Of a DNA stretch of 64,000 bases, positions 49,119-61,774 are shown one piece after another. Under the pieces are notes generated by a model, which saw only the letters and a list, made by a program, of their open reading frames with translations, ran no database searches and had not been told where the DNA came from. Where the stretch lies: assembly GCA_010015585.1 (NCBI GenBank), contig ML975183.1. One strand, given 5' to 3'. The translations under genes were made by a program, and so were the position numbers. This DNA is from Eremomyces bilateralis CBS 781.70 (lineage: Eukaryota). How positions within the stretch are numbered: position 1 is the stretch's first letter; every line of letters starts with the position of its first letter.

Positions 49119-49377
49119 AATCCATGTCATCCTTCCTGCCTTATCGACGCCTTGACGCCTATCGACGTCAATTCTCTTCTCATCCATCTCTCGGCTCTTC
49201 TGTTTCTTGATTCTTCTCCTCCATCTTCCCTTCATTGACATCACCGTGCCTCTCCCCTCTCTTCTCCCTCTATCCTCCCACATATTGCCCAACCATCGCT
49301 TTGGTTGTGCTGGTGATTTGATGCTCCTCTTCTCCTACCGATTCTCCAATTGAAAACCACTGCTGAAGTCCGTCATC

Positions 49378-52181
49378 ATGTTCGCTGCTGCGAGGTTGGC
49401 GTCCCGCCGTTCGGTACGTACCCCCTCCAAAACGCCACTCGACCCAATGCATCTAGACTAACCCTTCTGTTCTCTATACAGCTCGGACGGCGGACGTTCG
49501 CTACCGTCGGCGACTCGCCTCTCTCCAGGAAGGTCGAAATGACCAATTGGGAGAAGGGTCACTACATCAATTACCAGAAGATGAGCGAGAATCTGGGAAT
49601 CGTCCGTAGCCGTCTCAACAAGCCGTTGACGCTGACGGAGAAGATTCTGTAAGCATAGTCGCTTGATGCTTCATTCATTTTGCTACGTTCGATGGACTGA
49701 CTCCCAAAAAGCTATTCTCATCTTGACGACCCCCATGGCGCCGAACTCGAGCGAGGAAAGTCTTATCTGAAGCTTCGTCCCGATCGCGTCGCCTGTCAGG
49801 ATGCTACCGCGCAGATGGCCCTTCTGCAGTTCATGTCTGCCGGCATGCCCTCGGTTGCCACACCAAGCACTGTCCACTGCGATCACTTGATCGAAGCCCA
49901 GGTTGGCGGCCCCACGGACTTAGCTCGTGCTAAGGACATAAACAAGGAAGTGTACGACTTCCTTGCCACCTCATGCGCGAAGTACAACATCGGTTTCTGG
50001 AGACCCGGCTCCGGTATCATCCATCAGATCATCCTAGAGAACTACGCGTTCCCTGGCGCCCTCCTGATCGGTACTGACTCTCACACACCCAATGCGGGAG
50101 GCCTTGGCATGCTCGCTGTTGGTGTGGGCGGTGCGGATGCAGTTGACGTGATGGCGGATCTTCCCTGGGAGCTCAAAGCTCCAAAGGTCATTGGTGTGCG
50201 CTTGACAGGTGAACTGTCTGGCTGGACAGCTCCGAAAGACATTATCTTGAAGGTTGCTGGTATTCTAACCGTCAAGGGCGGGACTGGTGCGATAGTAGAG
50301 TACTTCGGACCAGGTACTGAAAGTTTGTCTTGTACAGGAGTACGCTTCCCCCTCACCCTGTTTTCTTTATTTATTTCCAATCTAACACAAGCTAGATGGC
50401 CACGATATGCAATATGGGGTCAGTCTTCCTTTAAAATCCCAGAGAATCATATTCGCTCTCTGATTTTAGACCCGGGGGAGTCATATCTACCCTCTCATTT
50501 CAGACCCCCGGGGAGTCACATCCGCCCTCTCATTTTAGACCCGGGGACTCATATCCACCTCTCATTTCACAATTGCTAACATCTGGGTTTTTCTAGTGCT
50601 GAAATTGGTGCTACCACGTCCGTGTTCCCATTCAACGACCGCATGTACGACTACCTTGCAGCCACCAAGCGCAAGGAGATCGGTGACTTTTCTCGAGTGT
50701 ACGCGAAGGAACTTCGCGAGGATGAGGGTGCCGAGTATGACCAGTTAATCGAGATTAACCTCTCGGAGCTGGAGCCGCATATTAACGGACCGTTCACACC
50801 GGATCTGGCCACTCCCATCAGCAAGTTTAAAGACGCCGTTAAGGAGAATGGATGGCCCGAGGAACTCAAGGTGGGGTTGATCGGATCTTGCACGAACTCC
50901 TCCTACGAGGATATGTCTCGCGCTGCATCCATCGCCGAAGACGCCATGGCCCATGGACTGAAGACCAAGTCTATTTTCACCGTTACCCCCGGATCCGAGC
51001 AAATCCGCGCAACCATTGCTCGCGACGGTCAGTTGAAGACGTTCGAAGAGTACGGTGGCATGGTGCTCGCCAACGCTTGCGGACCGTGCATTGGCCAGTG
51101 GGACCGTAAGGACGTCAAGAAGGGAGAGCCGAACTCCATTGTCTCGTCCTACAACCGAAACTTCACCGGAAGGAACGACGCCAATCCTGCGACCCACGCT
51201 TTCGTCACCTCTCCCGACCTTGTCGTTGCCATGACCGTTGCCGGCACCCTTAACTTCAACCCTTTGACTGATAAGCTGAAGGACAAGGATGGCAACGAGT
51301 TCTTGCTGAAGCCCCCGACTGGACTCGGTCTTCCGACTCAAGGGTTCGATGCCGGCGAGGACACCTACCAAGCACCTCCTGCGGATCGATCCTCCGTGCA
51401 GGTTGCTGTGTCCCCGACCTCCGACCGCCTTCAGATTTTGGAACCCTTCCAGGCCTGGAATGGCAAGGACGCTACGGACCTGCCAATTTTGATCAAGGCC
51501 CAGGGCAAGACGACTACCGACCACATCTCAAGTAGGTTGATTTCATGTTGTGAAGGTAACTCGTGTCTAACCATGCATTTTAGTGGCTGGACCATGGCTC
51601 AAATATCGTGGCCATCTCGACAACATCTCGAACAACATGTTGATTGGCGCAATTAACTCGGAGAACGGCGAAGCGAACAAGGTCAAGAACGCCACAACCG
51701 GCGAATATGGCGCGGTTCCCGATGTCGCCCGAGACTACAAGAAGAAGGGCATTCCGTGGGTCGTTATTGGCGACTGGAACTACGGCGAGGGCAGTTCCCG
51801 AGAGCATGCCGCGTTGGAGCCTAGACATTTGGGAGGTTTGGCGATCATCACGCGAAGCTTTGCTCGTATTGTATGTTCCCTGGCTCTATTTCGGTGATCT
51901 TCCCCCTTGCTAACACTACACAGCACGAGACCAACTTGAAGAAGCAGGGAATGCTGCCGCTCACCTTTGCCGACCCCGCTGACTACGACCGCATCCAACC
52001 CGAGGATAAGGTCGACCTGCTGTGCACGGAACTTGCCGTTGGAAAGCCCATGACGCTCCGCGTGAAGCCCAAGGACGGACAGTCGTTCGACGTGAAGTTG
52101 CAGCAAACCTTCAACGAGGGACAGATCGAGTGGTTCAAGAACGGAAGTGCGCTGAACACGATGGCCAAGGCGGCGAAATAG
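49378..52181 (+). CDS. ACO1: Mitochondrial aconitate hydratase. Exons 49378-49413, 49482-49648, 49712-50339, 50396-50418, 50597-51531, 51584-51870, 51924-52181.
   Basis: Arg-rich presequence, [70 protein letters not shown]. Confidence 0.97.
50430..50570 (+). repeat. About 33-bp tandem repeat x4 inside aconitase intron 4
   Basis: Consensus TTTYAGACCC(C)GGGGAGTCATATCYRCCCTCTCA; the first copy is more diverged. Confidence 0.9.
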
Positions 52182-52500
52182 ACGGGTCGCCTCGGCGAGA
52201 CTGGAATTTTCGACGATGAAAAATATGGGAATTTCTCATGAACCTAGACATCCCGGAATTTGACATAGGTAGCACATGAGGATGGAGGGATGAGGGGGTG
52301 GAGGGGATGTGTGGATATGTACATTGATCACGCGCGTATTTGCTCCGGTTATTTGTACGGGTTGGTTTTGAAATTTGTACCGCTTCACTGAACATATATT
52401 TTCACAGTGACCGATAACGCCATGTCGTGTAGCCGCTGATGGATACCTATGACACTGCAGTCTACTATCCTAATAAGAACCCATGATCCCAACCATAAGA

Positions 52501-53425
52501 TCACACCGCCGATCCTACCGTCACCCCTGAAGCCGTGGAAGGGAGAACACCGAATCTCCCATATGTTTTTTGATCGAGTGAAACGTAATGGGGAAGGCGT
52601 CTCAGCAGGTCCAACTTGTCCTCCAAAAACCGGACGATACCGTCCGGCGGTAGAAGAAAGCGGATGTAGTTCAATCCCCCTGTGCAACGTTAGTGTACGG
52701 TTCCCGATTCGTCGGCGACGTGGAATCTCACAAAGGTAACCCATCCCCGCTCCGCAGAGGTGCCCTAGCAGGGAAGTATTCGGAACGATGAAGGTGACGA
52801 CGACGACCATGATCAATGGCGTGGTCCATGTCGGGATCGAGTAGGGCCCGACGCTGAAGTTCGGGTTGACGCGGTGGGTCTTCATCGCCTCGCTTGCCAG
52901 CAGGAGGAAGATCCAGATGCTGGAACCCATGACGCTGGAGTCGAGCCGGAGAAGCTTCTCGAGGAGGACGTAGACGGCGCCCGGGAAGGTGGAAAAGGCT
53001 GATAAGACGATCAGCAATGTTTCGATTTGTGGTTTCGAAGGAGACTTACGACCGCTGAAGAGGATCAGAGCATTCAGACTGCCATGCTCAGCCTCGAAGC
53101 GCTCCAGGAGCGGAGTCAAGGCAAGGAGATTGAGAATGATGTGGAAGAGGTTGACATGGAGAAGAGGATAGGTGCTCAGACGGTGGACTGCCAGGTTGCG
53201 ACGAGGTTAGATATCGCGGACAATCGAATGGAGAGGCGAGTACGTACGGGTGGCCAAATTGACCTTGCTAGGAGTGAGTGCTCCCCAAGGCGGAATCCAT
53301 GGTAGCAAGATACTTAAGAAGAAAAGCGCGACAATGAGGAACAAGACCAGGCGGGTGACGATGGGCAATCGGACGAGATATGATCGTATTCGAACCGGAT
53401 TGATCGATGTGTATATGGGTGCCAT
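52501..53425 (-). CDS. RBD2: Rhomboid intramembrane serine protease, Rbd2-like. Exons 53425-53248, 53187-53050, 52998-52732, 52679-52501.
   Basis: LHRLSTYPLLHVNLFHIILN, LLERFEAEHGS, GSS (catalytic Ser), SLLGHLCG (catalytic His), LPHYVS. Confidence 0.88.
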
Positions 53426-54163
53426 GGTGTGTGAATCGGCTAGTTAACAGCCATACAATGCCCCTATTCCGTGGCTGTAGAGAGTATCTATAACCGATTC
53501 CGGAGATGCAGCAATTGCGCCTCTACTCGACGAACGCGCGTGGATGGACGAGGAGTTCGGATATGTGCGGGCTGGGGATCGGCGTCGGCGACCGAATTCT
53601 CCCTGAACGCTTGGGACCGGTAAAGGTAAGCAGGAGACGAGAATCGTAAGAGTCAAAGATACATTATACGGGACAAGCAAATGTCCGGGGATGGATATCC
53701 GATGTTTAGTTATTACCAAATGGTGTAGACGGGAACATCAACGAGATGACTTGGGAAGTGCGACGGATGGGACCCTGAAGACTTTGGTTCCTGCAGGGAT
53801 CGCGAGTCGCGTGCTAATTAATACCATAGTAGACTTAATCGTACACGTGTAAGGGGAATTATCCATTCATCAGGGACGACGTACGGAGTATATCTCGGGG
53901 GTATGCGATTACCTGAAAGTACAGTACGGTAAGTAAATACGGACGTACCTAAGATGGATTGATACATATATTCCGTACTCGAACCACACTATGTCCCTCC
54001 GTCTGCCATTATCTTCTATTGTCTTGTCCCGAATCCATGCATGACTATAGCGGGACGTCCAATCGTACCTCGTTCTCCTCCGCTTGTACTCCGTCTACGA
54101 AATCCTAAGCAGGTCAAGGTGAATTCAATGCAGGCGTCCTAAAGAGCCTGCTATCTCAACATC

Positions 54164-56158
54164 ATGTCCGGACTAGGTTGGTGTGCTCCTTTCGCGTTTT
54201 CAGCCACGTGGAGCAATCGCTGAATGATATCTCTCTAGGCTCAGCACTCCTCCGACTCCGAAAGGACGACCGAATACTGCATCTCGCTCCCTTAATATCC
54301 TCCATATGCGTGGTCTTCGGGATCCTGTGGCTGCTCCTCCTGCCTCTGGACGAGTACTCGAGAAACACCTACATCTCCGAAAACGCGCTTCTGCCCGGAC
54401 AAGTCCATACCTACTTTGGAGGGAGCGAGCATAATGTGTTCCGCGCGTTCCGCCAGGAAGTGGCTGCGTTAGGGGAGGTCTCAGAAGCAGAACGGTCCGC
54501 AAAGCTCGAGGAACTACTTCTCTCTTCGGGACTCAAGGTTGCCCGGCAGCGATATCATTACCCTGGTGTCGACGGATCCTCGGGAGAAAACGTGTACGCC
54601 ATCCTCCAGGCCCCACGAGGGGATGCTACCGAAGCGATCGTCCTCATTGGAGCATGGACGAATACAGACGAGATTCTGAACCAGAGTGGGGTTGCGCTGG
54701 TCTTAACCTTAGCGCGATACTTCAAGAGATGGTCGCTCTGGTCAAAGGATGTGATCTTCCTCATTTCGGGGGACAGCACCGCCGGACCGCAAGCATGGGT
54801 CGATGCGTACCACGATGCCCACGACCATCGGTATGTGGAATCGCTGACCTTGAAGAGCGGAGCGCTTCAAGGGGCCATCGCCGTCGACTACCCGGCCGGT
54901 CCTTGGGGACATCGTTTCGACAAGCTTCACATCGTATACGATGGGGTCAATGGGCAGCTTCCGAATTTGGATTTGATCAATACTGCAGTGTCCGTCTCCA
55001 CCGGCCAAATGGGTGTCAACGTCGCCTTTCAGCATATGTGGTCCCACGAGGACCGATATAAGGACCGACTCTCCACCATGCTCCGGGGTATGGTACGTCA
55101 AGGGTTGGGGCATGCATCAGGTCCGCACAGCGCCTTCATGCCGTATCATGTTGATGCCATTACATTCCAGACGGTCGGGGATGGGTGGCATGATGAAATG
55201 TCGCTTGGACGGACTCTGGAGAGCATGTTTCGGAGTCTCAACAATCTACTCGAGCACCTCCACCAGAGTTTCTTCTTCTATCTTCTAATGGCGCCGAAAC
55301 GATTCGTCAGTATTGGGACGTACCTCCCCAGCGCAATGGCGGTGGCAGGGAGTTTCACCGTCATGTCGTTCGCGCTGTGGGTAAAGAGTGGGAGGATCCA
55401 ACAGGACGAAACCGAATCTAAAAATCCCGTTTCTCAAAGTGAGAAGCCCCCAGCAGAGAAGACCTCACGACCGATGAAGATAGATCCGAAAGACCCTCGG
55501 TCAGTGCCCGGCACAAGGAATGGCACTCGCAAGATCTTCTCTCCTCTGATCGTGCTCGTTGCTATCCACGGCTTAGGCCTGGTTCCGCTTTATTTGTTTA
55601 ACTCTCTTGAGCCACAGGTATGTAACAGCGTCCACGAAACCGTGTTCTCTTGACTAATCCTGGATTTAGACACTATCATCCGCGTTCCAACTCTTCACCG
55701 TCATCACCCTACCTCTTCCCATCATCGTCGCGTTCATCGTCGCAAAAATAGATCCGGCCCCGCTGCAAACTCTATACATCTTCCACTCCGTGTCTCTTCT
55801 CGCGCATGGAATGGCCCTTTCGGCTCTTGCCACTCTCAACTTCTCGCTGTCACTGTTCGTGGGGTGCATTACGTCTCCGCTATCATTCTTGCGACCTTTA
55901 CCCAGGCACGCGCTTGTGGCCGGATGCGCCTTGACCTTTTGGATGGTCCTGTCCCCAATGACCGTCCTTCTGGCCGGCGCATGGATGTGGAACGCCGAGA
56001 TTGGGGGTCCGCAAGGCATTCAGGGATTACTTCAGCAAGCGGCGTTTGGTTGGAAAGTCCACGGATTATGGACGCCAGTTGTGGTATGGCTGGTGTGGTG
56101 GCCGGCCTGGTGTGTTGGAGGAGTTGTCAGTGCATCGTCGATGTTTTTGCCTGCTTAG
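54164..56158 (+). CDS. GAA1: GPI transamidase subunit Gaa1. Exons 54164-54176, 54239-55617, 55670-56158.
   Basis: TYISENALLPGQV, APRGDATEA, WSLWSKDVIF, NGQLPNLDLIN, RSLNNLLEHLHQSFFFY, FVSIGTYLP; multi-TM C-terminus. Confidence 0.93.
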
Positions 56159-56330
56159 ACTCCCATCCAAAAGGTAGACGTGAATTCACTCAACTAATGG
56201 AAAACAACAATGGTATCTAGTGTTCATTGGCAACAGACCCTGTCAATCCATGCATCTACTGACCCGCCTGGTGAATGAGAAATGGAACTTCAAATGACGC
56301 CGATGCTAGACATGCTTCCTTTTGAATAGC

Positions 56331-57583
56331 TCACGCTGCCCACACGTCCTTCCCAACGCCTTCAATCCAGGTCCCCAGCCTATTCACACTGGCATCCCAA
56401 TCCTTCAATCGATGTCGGATGCCTTCGATCTGATCCATGTCAAGCACCTTCGGCTGAACCCAGTTGATCCGCGCGACTTCATCGACCTGATCAATCGACC
56501 CTCTCAGCAGGCCAAGGCTTAAGGCTTTCATGATCAGATGCTCAATACGGTCGGGTGAAACCTTGGTTTCGTTGGATATGGCCGCAAACGTCATCGCTCG
56601 ATCTTGCGGTGGTCGTCGGAAGACCGCCTCCGTCAGAGCCGAAAGCGATAGCTTCTCATATAGGAAATCCTTGTGTGGTTGCAAGACCGCATTCTTGGAG
56701 ATGTTCGACTGGAGGACGTCAAAGGCTTGAAGATCGCCGCGGTTGAATGCGAACATTAGGTCTCGCAACCAGCTCTCCTCCGTGTCCTTCAGCGAATCGA
56801 CGATGGGGTGTAGAAGAAGTTCGCCGAAATTGTAGATCTGGTCGGAATCTAGTGCGCTAATTCCGAGGTCGTATGCTCGAGATTTCTTGTCAGCCTTCGA
56901 GATCGCGTCGATGTCGATGCAGGAGAGGTATAGCAGTGACGTTCGGTAGTACATCGTGCTGTTGTTCACATGCTATGACGAGTTAGTTGGACCGTAGCGG
57001 CATCTCGTGAATAACTCTGCACTGACCTTCCAGTAGGTTGAGTAAACCTCGTAGTAGAAGGCGCGTATCGTGTTGTGCATATCATCCTGTGCATCCAGTA
57101 TTGACTGGCACCGGTCCAGAATCTTTTTGGCATCGCCATCAAGCCCTTTCTTCAACTGTGTGTTTGCAAGCGAGCTTAATGCATAAACAAGCGCGTCCTG
57201 GGATGAAGGCTTGTCGACCTCGTCGGCGATGTTCTGGATGAATTTGACGTTCTCGTCGACATCTGGACCAAGTTAGTAATAGAAAACGAGGCATCGGCTC
57301 AGCCGTCACCTTGTATCTCGTTCTGGGCAAACAGTCCAAGCTCCACGTATCGTGTCGGACTGATCTTGCTTTTGAAATCCGATATGAACTGGTTGAAGAG
57401 GCGTAATCTGAAGGGCTGGGACTCTGGCTTTTGGAAGAATGCGATCAGTGACATGGTGAGTTCGTGCCACAGCTTCCTTTCCCAGAAGTCCTCAAACTCC
57501 AAGAAGTGCACTTGGAGCTCATCCGGAGCCTCCTCTCGGAGGTCCCCGAGGAGGTTCGCAATTACGTCCGTTTCCATAGCCAT
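56331..57583 (-). CDS. RPN9: 26S proteasome lid subunit Rpn9 (PCI domain). Exons 57583-57310, 57262-57027, 56972-56331.
   Basis: FEDFWERKLWHELT, YYRTSLLYL, IYNFGELLLHPI, EHLIMKALSLGLLRGSIDQV, WVQPKVL. Confidence 0.95.
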
Positions 57584-58050
57584 GGAGGGAGATGTTGGGA
57601 CGAGTGGAGGGGCGAACCAGGCTCGGAGGAAAGGGGAAAAGATGCTGTCAGGTTCGACAGAAGGAGTTCTAGAGGGTGAAAGTGAGTGTGTGAAATGGAA
57701 AAGTGTCTGGAGGCAGGACTAATCACGATGGACAAATGTTGAGTTTCTATTCCCAAGCCGGATGAGAGCTTGACGGAGTTTGAGAGCTTGAGTGAGCAAG
57801 TAGAGGTGAGGACATCAAAGGGTGTCTGCCTAAAAGCCTGAGGCACTTTTTACTTTTCTGCCTCAGGCATAAAGATCTTGATGCGACCCACCGTGTTTGC
57901 AGCTCCAGCAACGCTGAACGACACAGAAGACCTCAATCCATCGTCAAGCTCATCATCAATGTACCATTAGTTGCATCCTCAGCCGCATGGTGCTCCTCGA
58001 ATCGAACGTCCGCCTCAATATCCGCTGCTGCTAACCAATTGGGGCCCGAT

Positions 58051-59605
58051 ATGTCTTCTATCGCGCTGAGGCGCTCCAATGGTTCGCAATTGGAGACGCT
58101 GAAGCACATCAGTTCGCAATGCCGACGGGTCGCTCCTCGACAATCTCGGCGCGGCATCCAAGATGTTCAAATCACAAGGACGGGGAAGCCCATTCTCAAC
58201 CTTAGCGGAGGACGGTATGTTCACCCTGAACTATTATATGATGGTCGGAGCTAATGATGTACTGCTAGATCGTCACTTGGAGGTATCGAATTCAACTCTG
58301 CCCCCGCCAACACTTCACTTGACTGACCCCTCGTTAGGCCACACAGCAACCGTGTTCGGAGCAACCGGGTTCTTGGGAAGATACATCGTGAATCGATTGG
58401 GTGGGTTGTCTAGTCCATACGATGGCTTTCGGTTGCTGACAGAGGATAGCCCGGACCGGATGTACCGTCATAGTTCCGTTTCGCGACCCCATGGAGCGAC
58501 GACATTTGAAGGTTTCCGGAGATCTCGGCCGTGTGAACTTCATTGTAGGTGCGCAGCTCACGATCATAACATGCGCTGATAGCGACTAGGAGTTCGATCT
58601 CCGTAACTTGGACTCTATCGACGAGAGTGTAAGACACTCGAACATGGTCTATAACCTCATCGGCCGTGACTATCCCACCAAGTGCGTAAATCCGAGCTTG
58701 GTGTAAGGCTTTCGCTAATCAGGCCAGAAACTATGATCTGGAGGACATCCATGTGACGGGAGCCGCACGGATTGCTGAGGCCGTCGCTAAGTATGATGTG
58801 GACCGTTTCGTGCACGTTTCATCGTTCAATGCCGACAAGGCTTCCCCATCGGAATTTTTCAGGACCAAGGTTCGATGGCTCGTCTATGCTGTACTTTCCA
58901 TCACTGACAAGAATTAGGCTCAAGGCGAGGAGGTGGTTCGAAATATATTTCCCGAGACCACCATTGTCCGACCTGCTCCGATGTTCGGCTACGAAGATAA
59001 ATTGTTGAATACGCTCGCGAGTGTTACCAACCTTTTCACGTCAAACTCCATGCAGCAGAAGTTTTGGCCCGTCCACGTACGTGCTGATCAACCGTTGCCA
59101 TGATACCCCCTAACGCTTCCAGGCAATTGATGTTGGCATGGCCCTCGAAAAGATGATCCATGATGACACAACCACCGCCGAGACTTATGAGCTGTACGGT
59201 CCAAAGGAATATTCGATGGAGGGATTGGCCGAGCTCGTTGACAAGGAAATCGTCAAGAAACGCCGCCACATCAACGTTCCGAAGGCTGTAATGAAACCAA
59301 TCTCGGACATCCTGAACCGATTGATATGGTGGCCAGTTGGATGTGGTGACATGGTCGAAAGAGAATTTATTGATCAAGTCATCGATCCAAATGCGAAGAC
59401 ATTCAATGACCTTGGAATCGAGCCCTCCGAAGTCAAAGACCTGACGTATCGATATCTCGTAAGTTTCGGTTCAATCATTGCGTCGTATGTGGTTAACAAT
59501 TTTTAGCTCGAGTATCGAAGCTCATCTTATTACGACCTTCCTCCAATGACCGAGAAAGAGCATAGTGAAGAGCGGAAGTACTTGCACGTCGTCGACGATC
59601 GGTGA
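58051..59605 (+). CDS. NDUFA9: NADH:ubiquinone oxidoreductase 39/40-kDa subunit. Nine exons: 58051-58214, 58269-58282, 58338-58400, 58450-58544, 58590-58681, 58728-58869, 58918-59076, 59123-59458, 59507-59605.
   Basis: [60 protein letters not shown]. All eight introns are GT-AG and keep the frame. Confidence 0.95.
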
Positions 59606-59719
59606 TTTACAAGGAATAAAGGAATCGTGCACGACGGAATTCGTTTTGTAAATAAATTAGCGGCGCGGGACACATGGAGCTAGTATGCCACATAGAAACC
59701 GAACATTGAACTAGAGAAT

Positions 59720-61774
59720 TCAATCATCTAGCACTACAACATCCAGTTGGTGAGTGAGCGCATCGATATTCGAGCGCTGTGTGACGGCTGCTTCCTTCTT
59801 CCGTTCTCTGTACAGTTTGCCCATCTTCTCCATGACCTCGCCATGAGTTAGGTTGGAATGCTCTGCTTTCAACCTCCGGAAATTCTCCTTGACGAAAAGC
59901 TGGTACTCTGACACCTTTCCAGACGCGGCCCTTGGAACCGGCTTGGTTTGAACCAAGCGTGCTTTGCAGATTCCGCACGAATGCCGATTGATGTCGACCG
60001 ACTTCGACTGCCGCTTGTATTCATAGCCACATTCAACGCATTCCCAGATATACTTGTAGCTGATTTCATACGAGTGCTTGGTCGTGACGATGATGTTCTG
60101 GTCGCGAAAAGCTTTGGAACACTGGGATCCCCTTGAGGAGGTTAGCGATCCAACCCTATCCTATAGCGTGTTTTCTAGATTCTAGTTCACTTACCAGTAT
60201 TTGAACTCCTTTCCATGAGGGTTGTTCTTGACACCACTAACCATGTAGGTCGCTAGATGACAGAACTCGTGGGCAACGACGTTCCTCAGCCGATCTACAG
60301 CTCATCAGTATGTCATGAAGCGGCTTTTGGGGTTTTATTTGGGTTCTATACCTGCATCATCGATGACTTTCTCGGCAAGTTCAATACTCGCGACATGTCT
60401 CTCCTCTGTCTCTTCTCCTCTAGAAATCTTGTTCTTGTCCAAATCCTTCCTCCAACGCGCCCGACCAGCGGTTACCTGCAGGTTCTTGCTCCAGACAATT
60501 TTGACACCCCCTGTCGCCTTTGTTTTTGCTGCAATCTTGCCAGCACAGATCTTGTCGTCAAGTTCCTGCAGCCATTGCTCTGCAAGACGGTGTTTGATCA
60601 GGTCGAATGCACGACGAGCTGCCCTCTGCGGGTCTTGTTTATGAGGCGACTTTTTCGGAGACGGGGGATCAAGTCCACCGGCGTTGATGTCGACGATTAA
60701 CGGTTGAGAAGGGTTTCCGTTCTCACCTACGTGAAGGAAGTTGGGAAGTGTCATCCCCATTCTCTTTCGAGGTGAAAGGAGGGGTTTCTGCGGCGAATGT
60801 AAATCATTCCAGTCGTTGGTATCTGCTTGCTCCCAGAATTCATCCATGCTTGGTCGATGGGGGGTTGGTGGTATTCGGTTGGTCTTTGAGGGAGATTTAA
60901 GCCGTGACTTGGTCGGACTTTGCGGCGGAGAGGGTGTACGAGGTCGGATTGCTTGGTTTTCATTACATGTGTCGGAACCACTGTGAATGCTGCGGGCATC
61001 ATGGGGATGTCCAGGGCCCTTCAAGTTCAACTTTGGATCCCCTGTTACGGAAGAGTTTTGATCCATGGAGAAAGAAGAATCGTCTGAGATAGAGCCAATG
61101 GATCCAGTCTCTCCAATGTATTCCGATGCTGTGTCTGACTCTGCTATGTCCGACTCCGCCTGGGGCCTGTTCAATGTCCTGGCAATGTCCCGTAGCTGCC
61201 TCCGTGAACCCCTGGTGGGGTTGCATTGGTCAAAATCGTGCTTCTGTGACCTTTTGTAGGGGCTCTTGATCCAGGTCGGCCTTGGGTTCTTCGCTGACCA
61301 GAATTCAATTTCTTCTAAAGAGTTGTCCGGCGGGCCAGTAGACGAATCGCTTGCGTTGATCGACCCTCCAGAACCAGAGGACTCCCGATCCTTGTCTTCT
61401 TTGGATTTATTGCCATGGGCGCGCTTTTCTTGCCTCTCAGACGCTGACCGGGTCGGTTTTGTTTTCTTTGATCGGGCTGAAACGTCGGGACCGAAGGTCG
61501 TTCTCGTAGTCAGAACCTGGGTACTCTGAGCAACACCTAGTCGACGGAATTTCTTGGTGGCGACGGCTTTGGGGGCCTCCTGCTTCAGCAATTTCCGAGA
61601 CACAGCCTTTGCACTATTTATTGGCCGTTCCCTTGCCTCCTCCAGCTCTGTAGATGGATGACCATTGCGTGTCTTTTTGATTGCGGTCGCTTTCGGCGCT
61701 TTGAATGAAGGTCGCAATAAGGCTTCGAGCGGAGGGAGCTCATCGTCTGTCATAGGCTCATTCAGACGCGCCAT
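59720..61774 (-). CDS. SprT-like metalloprotease with zinc ribbon and HMG box (GCNA/ACRC-type). Exons 61774-60352, 60294-60195, 60131-59720.
   Basis: IVWSKNLQVTAGRA, IELAEKVID, VAHEFCHLA (HExxH), PHGKEFK, CVEC..CGIC, SEYQLFVKENF..EVMEKMGKLY; long disordered N-terminus. Confidence 0.9.
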
